Shown here: in pieces, positions 18,879 to 28,973 of the stretch
Position numbering within the stretch: position 1 is the stretch's first letter
Layout: every line of letters begins with the position of its first letter
Source: Armatimonadota bacterium
GTDB taxonomy: Bacteria > Armatimonadota > SYMT01
Direction of reading: 5' to 3'
Assembly: GCA_041690135.1 (NCBI GenBank)
Contig: JAWLHY010000003.1
Coordinates: forward strand, 384,001-448,000
DNA length: 64,000 nucleotides
Translations under genes and position numbers: made by a program
Notes under the pieces: model-generated
What the model saw: only the letters and a program-made list of their open reading frames with translations
What the model was told of the DNA's origin: nothing
Database searches by the model: none

Positions 18879-20264
18879 ATTCCCTACTGGGCCTGGGTCC
18901 GCTGCGCCGGCGGCCTCTCGGCGGCGGGCTAGTTCGGCGAGGGTTTGCTCGTGCTGCTCCTTCGTGATGGGGAAGCGGTAGACGAGGTAGATCCCGGCTG
19001 CGAGGATGACGGCGGGGATAGGGCCGATCAGCAGGCGGATGACGAAAAGGGCGCTATCCGGCTGGACGGGGAGCTGAACCTCCGTCGTGGGTTTGATGTA
19101 TCCCGCCGCGCCGAGGAGCTGGCCGATCAGGAAGAGGCCGACGGCAACCGCCAGCTTTTGCAGGAAGACGAAGAAGCCGTAGAAGATCCCCTCCCGGCGT
19201 CTTCCCGTTTCCAGCTCATCCTGCTCGATCACGTCCGGCAGCATCGCCCACGGGACGAGGTACGCGGTGGCCACCCCCACCCCCGCCAGGACGGCGAGCC
19301 CGATGACGGCGATGGACGGCCAGGAGGGCTGGACCGCGAACAGCGCCATCGAGACGCCGATCCAGAAGACCATTCCGCGGTAGTAGACTCCCTTCTTCCC
19401 GACCCGCTTGCTCATGGCGCTCCAGATGAAGAGCCACACCAGCGCGCTCCCCTGTACCCCCAGCAGAACGCTGGCCACGAACCCCGGGTCGGACCGGCGC
19501 AGCCAGTAGTTGATGAAGTAGAGGAGAACGGTAGAGACCGTCTGCACCGCCAGCCAGGAAAGCAAGTAAATGCCGGAGACACAGCGGAAGGCCCGGTTAC
19601 CCATGGCGATCCGCAGTCCCTCGAAGAAACCGACCGGCGCCTCCGCCTCCACCCGGGGCCGCTCGTAGGTGCCCAGGAAGGAGAGGAGGAAGGCCGGCAG
19701 CATCGCGACGCCCCAAACCGCCGCCGAGCGCATATAGCCCTCCGGCGTGGGCGGGCTTCCCACCAGGAAGGGATGCACCACCATCGCCGCCACGCTGGCC
19801 ACGATGGAGAAGGCGAAGCGGAAGGAGTTGAGGCTGGTCCGCTCGTCGTAGTCGTCGGTCAACTCCGGGGTGAGCGCCGTGTAGGGGACGTTCACCACGG
19901 TGTACATCAGCTTGTGGAAGAGCAGGACGACGAGGAAATAGCCCACCCGGGCGTTCCCCTCGAATGGGGGGACGGTCAACAGCAGCACGAACGAAAGCGC
20001 GAACGGCACCGCCCCGAACAGCAGATACGGCCGCCGGCGCCCCCAGCGCGTGCGGGTGCGGTCGGAAAGGGTCCCCACGATCGGGTCGGTGACGGCGTCC
20101 CAGATCGTGCTCACCATCAGCAGCGTGCCAGCCACCTCGGGGGAGAGGCCCGCCACGTCCGTCATGAAGATGAGCAGGAAGAACCCGATGATGCCCGCCA
20201 CCATGGCGGGGCCCACGTCGCCCGCCCCGAAGGCGAGCTTGGTGACGAGCGGAAGGCGCTTCAT
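18876..20264 (-). CDS. MFS glycoside-pentoside-hexuronide:cation symporter (MelB/MFSD2-like)
   Basis: WDAVTDPIVG.LSDRTRTRWGRRRPYLL, VPYTALTPELT.DYDERTSL, WAMLPDVIE.DE..TG.RREG. Confidence 0.93.
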   Translation of the reverse strand: MKRLPLVTKLAFGAGDVGPAMVAGIIGFFLLIFMTDVAGLSPEVAGTLLMVSTIWDAVTDPIVGTLSDRTRTRWGRRRPYLLFGAVPFALSFVLLLTVPPFEGNARVGYFLVVLLFHKLMYTVVNVPYTALTPELTDDYDERTSLNSFRFAFSIVASVAAMVVHPFLVGSPPTPEGYMRSAAVWGVAMLPAFLLSFLGTYERPRVEAEAPVGFFEGLRIAMGNRAFRCVSGIYLLSWLAVQTVSTVLLYFINYWLRRSDPGFVASVLLGVQGSALVWLFIWSAMSKRVGKKGVYYRGMVFWIGVSMALFAVQPSWPSIAVIGLAVLAGVGVATAYLVPWAMLPDVIEQDELETGRRREGIFYGFFVFLQKLAVAVGLFLIGQLLGAAGYIKPTTEVQLPVQPDSALFVIRLLIGPIPAVILAAGIYLVYRFPITKEQHEQTLAELARRREAAGAADPGPVGN

Positions 20265-20464
20265 ATGGATAAGGAGTGGGTGAAGATAAGGATAATGAGG
20301 ATGCTCGCGCTATTGCACCCGGCAATGCAGTATCTGCTGCACGCGCGAATGCTGGAGTTGGGCTGCACGAAGGGCGATTGCGTTGCGTTGTGGGCGTCGG
20401 TGTAAGTTCTCGTCCGCGGGAGTGGTAGACCTCCTCATCCCGTAGCCGGGGGGCGTGTGGCACG

Positions 20465-20908
20465 CCGCCAGGTGATGGGGTGCAGCGGCGGATCTCGTGC
20501 GCATTGTCCGCCAGGCGATGGGCGGCCCAAAGCACGAAAGTACTCCACGCGGATAGTCCGGAGTGCCTTTTCCGAGCGCTGGCAGTCCGAATGCAGGCTA
20601 GCCGCCCTGGTAACCGCCTGCCCTCCCTCGGAGGGTAAACCTACGATTGAGGCGCCCGAGGGGCTCGCGAATGTAACGGGTCATCTGCGTCTTCCGAAGC
20701 GGTGTGTAGCGACGTGTCAACCAATTGTCGCCGGTGAGTGAAACCAGGCCTGCCGCAGGAATCGGAGCGCCCGAAAGGGCACCTTGAACGTAGCCGGGTG
20801 GTTACCAGGAACCCGCGCCGCTGTGAACGGTATCTGTCGCATTCGTATTCCCTGTGATGAGAGCGGGAGGTGCACTGCGCCTGGAGTCGGGCTCCATCAC
20901 CCGGCGGG
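20465..20908. repeat. Nested REP-like composite element, copy 2
   Basis: CCGCCAGG[T/C]GATGGG at 20465 and 20508, inner block 20600-20666, GGGTGGTTACCAGG at 20796 inverted to CCTGGTAACCGCC, and CCATCACCCGGCGG at 20894. Confidence 0.8.
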
Positions 20909-20990
20909 ATAGGGGGCGAGAGCAGGGCTGCGAGCCTTCATCAGGCCCGGCTACACGACAAGTCCGGCGTATTCACTCCTTCGGAGAGAG

Positions 20991-21566
20991 GTGAGTCCCC
21001 CGGCTCCAGCAAACGTAGCCTCGATGATTGTTCTGGGCGCATTGCGAGAGTGGCTGGGCCCTGCCGGCTGGGTGGTCGGTCCCTGTTTGCTGGGCGGCCT
21101 CTGGTTCCGCCTGGGGCTGGGCAGGAGTTGGGTCCTCCTGGTTCTGCTGGACCTGCTGATTTTTCCGTTTATCTGGTGGGCGAGAGTGGGAGTCTCGCCG
21201 GAGAGCCGCTCCATCGTTGCGTGCCGCATCCTCGGGTTGCTGCTGGGCGCCGGGCTCCTGACGTTGGTGGCGCGGGGCGGTAGCCCCCCGACGGGACTGC
21301 TACCGGTGACGGGCCGGTGGACGGGAAGACTGCTGGCCGGAGTCGGACTCCTGGCGTTGATCCAGGCCGGGCCGTGGGTGCAGTTGCTGGAGTTTGCTTT
21401 CGGGCTCATAGATGAATCACGAATGGGCCACGGGGGCTGGTTGCTGTTCATGACCCTTTTATTCGTGTTTGCAGGTGTCGGATTGATCCTCTGGTACACG
21501 CTGGCGGCGCGCTGGGAACACCAGCAGCCGGTAGTGGGAGAAAGGCAGGTTCGACATGGATCCTGA
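20991..21566 (+). CDS. Hypothetical membrane protein
   Basis: About 5 hydrophobic segments; overlaps the start of the next gene. Confidence 0.6.
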   Translation: MSPPAPANVASMIVLGALREWLGPAGWVVGPCLLGGLWFRLGLGRSWVLLVLLDLLIFPFIWWARVGVSPESRSIVACRILGLLLGAGLLTLVARGGSPPTGLLPVTGRWTGRLLAGVGLLALIQAGPWVQLLEFAFGLIDESRMGHGGWLLFMTLLFVFAGVGLILWYTLAARWEHQQPVVGERQVRHGS

Positions 21567-21969
21567 AAAGGCGCAACGGCAGGCAAGGGAATTCGAAGAG
21601 GCGCAGCGGATCGCACGAGATACCGGGAGGGACCCGGGCGAGGTGCTCAAGGAGGAGTTCGGCTGGGACCCCTGGCCGCTGCTGACCGCGCAAGCCTACC
21701 TGCACGCGATGAAGCCGATCGATCTGGAGAGGACCCCACCCACCCCGGAAGCGGTGGACCTGCTCCCGGCGGAGATTGCCCACCGGTACGGCGCGCTTCC
21801 CGTCTGTCGCATGGGAGCGCAACTGATCGTCGCCGTGGCGGAAGCGGCCACGGCGGCGTCCGTATGCGTGCAGTTGGAGGCCGTCTGCGGCATGCCGGTG
21901 CAGGCTGTCCTGGCGAGCCAGGAGACGTGGGTTGCAGCCATGGATCGGTGCTACCCCAGGAGCGACTGA
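21556..21969 (+). CDS. Stand-alone MshEN / T2SSE_N (GspE/PilB N-terminal) domain protein
   Basis: IDL....P.PEAVDLLPAEIAHRYGALPV...G..LIVAVA...LE...GMPV..VLAS......A.DR.Y. Confidence 0.75.
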   Translation: MDPEKAQRQAREFEEAQRIARDTGRDPGEVLKEEFGWDPWPLLTAQAYLHAMKPIDLERTPPTPEAVDLLPAEIAHRYGALPVCRMGAQLIVAVAEAATAASVCVQLEAVCGMPVQAVLASQETWVAAMDRCYPRSD

Positions 21970-22090
21970 ACGCGTTTAAGGTGCAAGGGAGTGGGTGAAT
22001 GCCCGTTAGCCTGCAGATGATCGGACCGGATGAGGTTCTGTGGGGATCAAGAGGACGGTGTTGAACGCAGAAGTAGCGCTGCGCGGGCTA

Positions 22091-22400
22091 ACACGAAAGC
22101 ACGAAAATGCGAAAACGCGAAAAAGAGGGACACTCGGCAGTTTCCTCGCTACCGAAAGCGGGTTCGGCACCGATAAAGTGATGCGGTAACGGCAGCCGGT
22201 TCTCTCGCGGTGGGTTTCAATGCGAGCCAGTCCTCCAGCTTCGGCTTACGGTCTAGCCAATGCAATTGCTGGCGTGAATCAACCAAAGAGAGCGCTCCGA
22301 AATCTCTCCTTTGTCGGCGAAGGAGCACTACCAATTAGTCGAGGAGGGCTTGCGAAAAGAACTTCCTCACCGGATGAGTTTTCTTTCGTGTTTTCGTTCG
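22091..22400. repeat. Inverted pair of periodic CACGAAA / TTTCGTG tracts enclosing ~250 bp
   Basis: aacacgaaagcacgaaaatgcgaaaacgcgaaaaa and ttttctttcgtgttttcgttcg. Confidence 0.6.
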
Positions 22401-22601
22401 AAGGGTTCCCTCTGGGATATTTTGTGTTAGCCCGCGCAGCGCCCGTCCTGGATCCGATCCCTCGAACACCGACGCTCAACCCGGCGCTATTGCCGCGAGC
22501 CTTCACGTCTTACCTTTCACGTTCCGGCACGAGCGCCGATAGTGGGTGAGCCGCCCGCCAGATCTCCACGACCACCCAGCGCCGGCCCATGATCTTCACG
22601 T

Positions 22602-24074
22602 TTACGCCAACAGTTCCTTGACTACCCGGCCGTGGACGTCGGTGAGGCGGAAGTCGCGGCCGGCATAGCGGTAGGTGAGCCGCTCGTGGTCGAAGCCGAG
22701 GAGGTGGAGCAAGGTGGCGTGCAGGTCGTGGACGTGGACCCGGTCCTTCACCGCGTTGAAGCCGAGGTCGTCCGTTTCGCCGAGGGTGATGCCGGGCTTG
22801 ACGCCGCCGCCCGCCAGCCACATGGTGAAGGCGTTGGGGTGATGGTCGCGACCGTCGTTGCCGCCCTGGACCATCGGCGTGCGGCCGAACTCCCCGCCCC
22901 ACACCACCAGGGTGTCTTCCAGCAGGCCGCGCTGCTTCAGATCCCGGATCAGGGCGGCGCAGGCGCGGTCGGTATCGGCGCAGTTCTTCCGGAGGTCCTT
23001 CACCAGGTTGCCGTGCTGGTCCCAGGCCTCGTGGAAGATCTGGACGAAGCGGACCCCGCTCTCCACCATCCGCCGGGCCAGCAGGCAGGTGTTGGCGAAG
23101 GACGCCTTCCCCGGCTCCGCGCCGTACATCTCCAGGATCTGCTTCGGCTCCCGCGAAATATCGACTAGCTCCGGCGCGGCGAGCTGCATGCGGAGCGCCA
23201 TCTCGAAGGAATTGATGCGGGTCGAGATCTCCGGGTCGCCCACCGCTTCCAGGCGGAGGCGGTTGAGGCGGTTGATCGCCCGGAGGGAGGACTCCTGGAC
23301 CCCCTCGTCCACGCCCGGCGGGTTGGAGAGGTAAAGCACCGGGTCGCCGACGGTCCGGAACTGCACGCCCTGGTACGTGGAGGGCAGGAACCCGCTGCCC
23401 CAGTTGGCGCTGCCGGCGCTGGGTCCCTTGGTTCCGGTGCTGAAGACCACGAACCCCGGCAGGTCCCGGCTCTCGCTGCCCAGGCCGTAGGTGACCCATG
23501 ACCCCATGCTCGGGCGGCCGAACTGCTGCGCCCCGGTGCTCATCAGGAGCTGTCCGGGGGCGTGGTTGAAGGCGTCGGTCACCATCGAGCGCACGATGGC
23601 GATGTCGTCCGCCACCGTGGCCAGGTGGGGGAGCAGCTCCGATAGCTCCGCGCCGCTCTGGCCGTGCCTGGCAAACTTGAAGCGCGGACCCAGCAGCTTG
23701 GAGTTGGGGTTAATGAAGGCCGCGCGGTACCCCTTGAGCAGCTCCGGCGGCGGGAGCTGCCCGTCGAACTTCGCGAGCTGCGGCTTGTTATCGAACAGCT
23801 CCACCTGGCTGGGCGCGCCCGCCATGAAGAGGAAGATGACGTTCTTCGCCTTCGGCACGTGATGGGGATGCTGGGGCGCGAACGGTCCCCGGGGGTCGGC
23901 AGCGGTGGTCTTCGCTACTGCCCTGGCCGGTGCGGCGTGTCCCTCCCCGGCGAGGAGGGTCTGGAGGGCGATGGCCCCCAACCCCACGCCGCACTGTTCC
24001 AGGAACCACCGCCGGGCGACGGTCTTCCGGTCCGCGGACGGCAGGCGCCGGTAGAGGGGATCCTGGCAGTTCAT
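22602..24074 (-). CDS. DUF1501 family protein (planctomycete-type, Tat-like signal)
   Basis: [93 protein letters not shown]. Confidence 0.95.
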   Translation of the reverse strand: MNCQDPLYRRLPSADRKTVARRWFLEQCGVGLGAIALQTLLAGEGHAAPARAVAKTTAADPRGPFAPQHPHHVPKAKNVIFLFMAGAPSQVELFDNKPQLAKFDGQLPPPELLKGYRAAFINPNSKLLGPRFKFARHGQSGAELSELLPHLATVADDIAIVRSMVTDAFNHAPGQLLMSTGAQQFGRPSMGSWVTYGLGSESRDLPGFVVFSTGTKGPSAGSANWGSGFLPSTYQGVQFRTVGDPVLYLSNPPGVDEGVQESSLRAINRLNRLRLEAVGDPEISTRINSFEMALRMQLAAPELVDISREPKQILEMYGAEPGKASFANTCLLARRMVESGVRFVQIFHEAWDQHGNLVKDLRKNCADTDRACAALIRDLKQRGLLEDTLVVWGGEFGRTPMVQGGNDGRDHHPNAFTMWLAGGGVKPGITLGETDDLGFNAVKDRVHVHDLHATLLHLLGFDHERLTYRYAGRDFRLTDVHGRVVKELLA

Positions 24075-24225
24075 GGGGCGGGCTTCCTGGAGATCAATGG
24101 GCTTGGTGTCGGGCTTGAACCGGTTTCACTATCTGACGGAGAGGGGGCGAATCCCTTCCCCAAAGTTCTGGAGAGGGGTCCCGGCACGGGATGAGTCAGA
24201 CGACATGCAGGCACCTGCGATCGTA

Positions 24226-24254
24226 TTGCACCTTCCACACTCCTGGCTTATAAT
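24226..24254 (+). promoter_or_regulatory. Sigma-70 promoter heading the 24.3-31.1 kb gene array
   Basis: TTGCAC-N17-TATAAT. Confidence 0.65.
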
Positions 24255-24333
24255 CAAGCAAGTGTTCGTCAGGTAGCCGAAGATGCGGTGCCTTTAGCAC
24301 CCGACATGTGCGCATTAATTAACGGAGTCTTGA

Positions 24334-25350
24334 ATGGCCGATTGCTTCATGTCGATTCCACGGCGACGTTGGGCATTAGTGCTCGTAGGCATCACCATCT
24401 CGATTGCTAGTTCTGCGGCAAGTGCGAAGCCCAGCCGAATGCCGCAGCCCCAACGGAAAGTGCAGCACGAGCAGGACCCCGGGGTCGATACGGGGCTGGT
24501 AAAGGCAGCAACCGCCCTGTTCACCGAGCCCAGTGCATCCTCTACCAGGATCAGTGCTCTTCGCAAAGGCGACCTGACGGTTCTGGTTTCGCGCGTGCCG
24601 TCCAGTGGCTGGCTCAAGGTCGTCCAGTTCACGACGGGACGCCAGGGCTGGGTCAAGGCAGATCGGCTGATTGTCCGCTATACGAAGCGCCGGGCTCCGG
24701 GACTGGATTTTCGGCGGGAGCTACTGGGAACGACCGAGTTGCCCTCCGTTCAAATCTCGAATGCCTCCCACAAGGTCCTTTTCGTGCACATCGGCTCACT
24801 CCCGGAGATCCAGATCCAGCCATACACCAGCAAGTCCCTCACCATCGACTCTGGGGCGTATTCCTACAACGCCGCGTCACCTGGTGTAATTCCGGCGTTC
24901 GGTTCCATGGCTTTTGTTACGGGCGGCAAGTACACCTGGACTTTCACCATCGGTAAGACCGGAACTGGGACCCGGCGGAAGGCCGATCCGGCGCTGATTG
25001 CCGAGATGAACAAGCTTCAGGCCGAAGTTGACGCGGCGGCCGCGGAAGTGCGTTTTCAGAAGCAGCAGATCGATGCAGATCAGGCTGCACTCACACAGAA
25101 GCGTGAGGCCGCCAGGCGCCGGTCCGAAGAGATTGAAGCGCAGCGAGAGAAGCTGGACCGGTCGGACGGAGCCGCAGTCGACGCGTTCAACAAGTCGGTG
25201 GATGCCGTGAATGCAGAGCTTGGCAGCATCCGCGAGGCCGAAGAGCGACTGGATGCTTTGATCGAACTCTACAATACCAAGGTCGAAGCTCTGAATGCAT
25301 CAGAACAGCGCCTCGATGCTCTTGCTGACAAGATCAACGGGACACGATGA
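24334..25350 (+). CDS. Secreted protein with SH3b domain and C-terminal coiled coil
   Basis: Signal peptide; LFTEPSASS..ISALRKGD..V......GWLKV.....GRQGWV (SH3b); ~120-aa heptad-rich tail. Confidence 0.75.
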   Translation: MADCFMSIPRRRWALVLVGITISIASSAASAKPSRMPQPQRKVQHEQDPGVDTGLVKAATALFTEPSASSTRISALRKGDLTVLVSRVPSSGWLKVVQFTTGRQGWVKADRLIVRYTKRRAPGLDFRRELLGTTELPSVQISNASHKVLFVHIGSLPEIQIQPYTSKSLTIDSGAYSYNAASPGVIPAFGSMAFVTGGKYTWTFTIGKTGTGTRRKADPALIAEMNKLQAEVDAAAAEVRFQKQQIDADQAALTQKREAARRRSEEIEAQREKLDRSDGAAVDAFNKSVDAVNAELGSIREAEERLDALIELYNTKVEALNASEQRLDALADKINGTR

Positions 25351-25399
25351 GGAGAGCCGACCACCTATCTCCCCACGCATCGCTCGGGAGGGTTACGAA

Positions 25400-25924
25400 A
25401 TGGAACTGAGACAGGCGCTCAAGGAGCAGTACCACGCCGGGCTGGCGATGCTTGCGGAGTGCGTGGAGAAGTGCCCCGAGAGCATGTGGCTCGCGGGCGA
25501 GCACCCGCGCACTTTCTGGCGCATCGCCTTTCACGCCGCTTTCTTTGCGCACCTGTACCTGGGCCAGGGTGAGGAGGTGTTCCAGCCGTGGCCCGGACGC
25601 AGAGAGGGCATCCATTCCAGGCTGTGGGACTCGCCGGCCGAGGTGGAGCCCTATGAGCTGCCAGAGGGAGCCGAAAGCTACCGGAAGCACGAGATCCTCG
25701 ATTACCTTCGGTTCGTGGACTCATTGATTGATCCCACCGTCGACCGTCTCAACCTCGATTCCGGCGAGACGGGCTTCTCGTGGTACCCAAACATGAGCAA
25801 ACTATCCCACCAGCTCATGAACCTGCGCCACCTCCAGGGCCACGTAGGGCAGTTATCCGAACTGTTGATGGCGAAGGGGATCGATACCGACTGGATCGCC
25901 AGGTCCGGTGGGCTACGGCATTAG
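25400..25924 (+). CDS. DinB/YfiT-like family protein
   Basis: L.ECVEKCP..MW, FWRIAFH..FF.HLYL, NLRHLQGHVGQL. Confidence 0.8.
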   Translation: MELRQALKEQYHAGLAMLAECVEKCPESMWLAGEHPRTFWRIAFHAAFFAHLYLGQGEEVFQPWPGRREGIHSRLWDSPAEVEPYELPEGAESYRKHEILDYLRFVDSLIDPTVDRLNLDSGETGFSWYPNMSKLSHQLMNLRHLQGHVGQLSELLMAKGIDTDWIARSGGLRH

Positions 25925-25957
25925 GGGGTTCTACACGATGGGTGGAGGCTTCAGGAG

Positions 25958-26338
25958 ATGGGACTTTTAGAACGCCTCTTTGGCAGGCGGAAGGACAGCG
26001 CGGACGAGCAGTGGCAGGTGCCGATTGTCCAGGAAATCTGCGTGGCCATGTTGCAATTGGTGCCGGAGGGCTGGGAAAGTGCCTACCTGGTGCTCGAGGT
26101 TCCCGCCGAGGGCCTGGGGAAGGGGCTTTCTCACTCCGCCATCACGCGCGACAGACCCGCTCCGGATGGTCGGGTGCGGGCGGGGGAGTTCGTCACGCCG
26201 GACATGGCGGTGATGGCCGCCACCCGCAAGCTGGAGCTGGGCTGGCTGGAGCGACAGAAGACGTTCAAGCGGGTGATTATCTCCGCCACAGATGCGGGGG
26301 ACGGCTGGCAGATCCGGAGCGACTACGAACACCGATGA
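25958..26338 (+). CDS. Hypothetical protein, resembles YezG/DUF600-type immunity proteins
   Basis: I...M..LVPEGWESAYL.LE N-terminus and G.W.I.SDYE C-terminus; AGGAG RBS. Family resemblance is by eye. Confidence 0.6.
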   Translation: MGLLERLFGRRKDSADEQWQVPIVQEICVAMLQLVPEGWESAYLVLEVPAEGLGKGLSHSAITRDRPAPDGRVRAGEFVTPDMAVMAATRKLELGWLERQKTFKRVIISATDAGDGWQIRSDYEHR

Positions 26339-26733
26339 GCGCGGCACTTTACATCATTCCGGAACGGGCGATCGACGGCTTCGACCCGGGGGTGAACGGC
26401 AAGGCATTGGGCCGGTCGACCACCCTGGACCGGCTGGCGAAACAGGCGGGCGTGAAGTCTCTGATGGAGTTCTTCAGCCAGGACCCGGAAGAGGCGGCGG
26501 CGTTCCTGGAAGACCAGGGAGTAGAGTATCCCACCGACGAACTGCCGGCCGAGCAGTGGTTTACGCCCGAGGAAGGGCTGGCGACGGTGCGGGGTCTGCT
26601 CGGTCACCTGGCCGGACAACCGGACTCCATTCGGGAGGCCGCCGCGCTGGCGGACGACCTCCGCGAGTTCGAGGCGGTCCTGTCCCGGCTCGCCGTGGAG
26701 GGTGTGCGGTGGCACCTGGCAGTGGACTTCTGA
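26335..26733 (+). CDS. Acidic hypothetical protein (132 aa)
   Basis: ATGA overlap with the previous gene; MSAALYIIPER...EQWFTPEEGLATVRGLL...VRWHLAVDF. The longer 25780 ORF is an upstream extension artefact. Confidence 0.75.
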   Translation: MSAALYIIPERAIDGFDPGVNGKALGRSTTLDRLAKQAGVKSLMEFFSQDPEEAAAFLEDQGVEYPTDELPAEQWFTPEEGLATVRGLLGHLAGQPDSIREAAALADDLREFEAVLSRLAVEGVRWHLAVDF

Positions 26734-26754
26734 GTTAACAAAGGTGGAACACCT

Positions 26755-27189
26755 ATGCCTGAAGGTCCGCCCGATCGGATCGCCATCAACCGTGACGACT
26801 ACCACGCGGAACACGTTGGCCGCACCTCCGATGGTCGGCAGTTTTTCCTCACCACGCCGTTTGAGCCACTCGGACGTGAGTTCGCCGCACTTTTCCTCTT
26901 CGATTCCGAAGGTCAGTTGCTCGATGCCAGGATTGACGATCTCGGCCCACGCGCAACCATGAATGAAGCGCAACGGCGCGAGGTGTACGCGCAGCGTTTA
27001 CGTGAGTTGGGCAAGGTCCGCTTCGAGCGGATCGAGGTGGCACCTTTCTCCATCGAGCGGTTCGGAATCGAATTCGGTCTGATCGCCTGCGCACCAGAAG
27101 ATGAAGACGACGAGTGGTCGGTCGAACTACATCCCGGCAACTATATGGCGTTCCACGAGCCGTGGGACAGCGGCGACTACGACACCTGA
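26755..27189 (+). CDS. Acidic hypothetical protein (144 aa)
   Basis: Co-oriented and tightly packed; Gly/Pro/aromatic C-terminus PGNYMAFHEPWDSGDYDT. Confidence 0.75.
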   Translation: MPEGPPDRIAINRDDYHAEHVGRTSDGRQFFLTTPFEPLGREFAALFLFDSEGQLLDARIDDLGPRATMNEAQRREVYAQRLRELGKVRFERIEVAPFSIERFGIEFGLIACAPEDEDDEWSVELHPGNYMAFHEPWDSGDYDT

Positions 27190-27239
27190 GTGCATGTCCC
27201 GCGAAAGGTTCAGGTATACGCGCTCATAGTGAGGAAGGC

Positions 27240-27854
27240 ATGGCTACTTCTCTGTTCGACGACACCCTGGCGCGGATCGAACGCAAGCTCGCGGCCGTGC
27301 GTGAGGCCGATCCGGATCTCGTGATCTACGGGGCATCGCGGCACCGGTACCGGCTGAACCCCTGCCTGAATGAAGACGAACTGACCGCGTTCGAGAGCCA
27401 CCTCGGCATTACCCTGCCCCCGGAGTACCGGGCCTTTCTCCAACGGCTCGGTAACGGGGGCGCCGGTCCGGATAACGGTCTCCACCCGCTGAACGTTCGT
27501 CAGCCGGAGGACTACACCTATCTTAGTGAGCCGTTCCCCGTCTCGGCGGAGCTTGCCCGGGAAGTGGTGTCGCGCCCCCAGGACGAGCGGTACCTGGAAG
27601 GGTTTGAGGACGTGGAGTTCGGTGGCTACCTGGAGACCACCGACTCCGGCTGCGGGACCTTTTCGTTCCTCGTGGTTACGGGGGATCAGCGCGGGTTGAT
27701 GTGGGGGAGCGGGGGCGGCTGCGAGTTGATTCCTTGCGTGGACAAGCAGGGCGCGCCGATGGGGTTTCTCGCGTGGTATGAGGACTGGTTCGATTACTGC
27801 CTGCGGCCGGGGATCATCGAGTACTGGGCCGGGCTCGCGAAGAGCCAGAGATAG
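27240..27854 (+). CDS. SMI1/KNR4 (SUKH) family immunity-type protein
   Basis: L.EDEL.AFE..LGITLP.EYRAFL..LGNGGAGP, DSGCG...LVVTG.QRG.MW, FL.WYEDW. Confidence 0.9.
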   Translation: MATSLFDDTLARIERKLAAVREADPDLVIYGASRHRYRLNPCLNEDELTAFESHLGITLPPEYRAFLQRLGNGGAGPDNGLHPLNVRQPEDYTYLSEPFPVSAELAREVVSRPQDERYLEGFEDVEFGGYLETTDSGCGTFSFLVVTGDQRGLMWGSGGGCELIPCVDKQGAPMGFLAWYEDWFDYCLRPGIIEYWAGLAKSQR

Positions 27855-27901
27855 TGGGAAGAGCCTGGTGTCGAGGGGCGATTGCTGGCATCGATAACTC
27901 C

Positions 27902-28234
27902 ATGCGAAGACGAGCGATCATCCAGGTGTGTGTAGTTGGGTTTATGCTCTTCTCGGTCGCAGCCTTGGGGCAGGGGCTTTGGCATCGCTCGCACTTTCCT
28001 CCGGCTTCGCTTCCGATGGTGGGAGCGATCATTGCTACACTTGGTCACCTCCTCTACCTCGCAGGTAACAGTGGTTTCCAGAAGGCACCGAGGGGCCAGG
28101 AAATAGGGCCGCCTGGCGGTTGGCTGCCGCTGCGTGGTCGATGGCAGTGGGCCTTCCTGGCAGCAGGTGGCATTCTGCTGGGGTTCGGCGGCCTGTCTAT
28201 GATGGCAGTCTGGTTCCTGGGGCCGCACTTTTGA
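27902..28234 (+). CDS. Small hypothetical membrane protein (3 TM)
   Basis: Three hydrophobic segments; lower GC at third codon positions. Confidence 0.5.
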   Translation: MRRRAIIQVCVVGFMLFSVAALGQGLWHRSHFPPASLPMVGAIIATLGHLLYLAGNSGFQKAPRGQEIGPPGGWLPLRGRWQWAFLAAGGILLGFGGLSMMAVWFLGPHF

Positions 28235-28460
28235 AGGCACTCTCCGGAGAGTAGTGAGAGCGACGTCACACCTGGTGGGTTCCCGCTCCATCAGCGAGAG
28301 CGGAGTTCCACACGGCGTGACGGGTACGCATCCATCACGAGGCAGGCATCGGAGAGCCTGCCCTACCTTCACCGGTCACCGGTCACCGGTTCGCGAACAT
28401 AGCACGCCCCGTACAACCTGGCAGCAGAGACTTGCGTGACAACTGACCTCGTAGAGGACC

Positions 28461-28825
28461 ATGGACGAACCTCTCGACACATTCGGCCGGCTATTGGTAC
28501 GCAGTTCCGAGATCCGGCAATTAAGTTCTTCGATCAGGCCTGCGAGGGTCGCTGGAAGGCGCCCGGCGTACAGGACCTCCAGGCGGAACTGGCCGCACTC
28601 CCAGCGGAACAGCGAGAAGTGGCGCGGCGGGTGCTGCTCAAGGCTCTGGACGTGGGGCTCCACGACTTCCTCTTCGGCCTGCAGGAGGCGCACGATCTGG
28701 AGCAGGGCATCACGGTTATGGTGGAGGATCAGAACATCGCGGAGTTCTCGGACGGTCTCCACGGAGAACCGTGGTCGGAAGATGGTTGGATCGCAAGGTT
28801 CAGCCAGTATCCCCAATCGGAGTGA
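28461..28825 (+). pseudogene. Hypothetical protein split by an apparent 1-bp frameshift near 28498
   Basis: ATG 28461 (RBS AGAGG) gives MDEPLDTFGRLLV. The coding-like continuation TQFRDPAIKFFDQACEGRWKAP...SDGLHGE...GWIARFSQY lies in a different frame. Confidence 0.6.
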
Positions 28826-28973
28826 GATTTTGAGAGGCGGCGCTCATCATTGGCAAAAAGGATCCCCCCAATTAACTTGACGCTGCCGCCCACTTTGCAT
28901 CATAAAGTCCATCAGACAGGCAACCGCGCCAATCCTGGCGGCACAAGCCTGGTCCGCCGCGGAGGTGCTTGCG

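Noticed and set aside
22602-24074. DUF1501 without an adjacent DUF1549/DUF1553 gene as a novelty
   Set aside because: DUF1501 genes are multicopy and often solitary in lineages that carry them.
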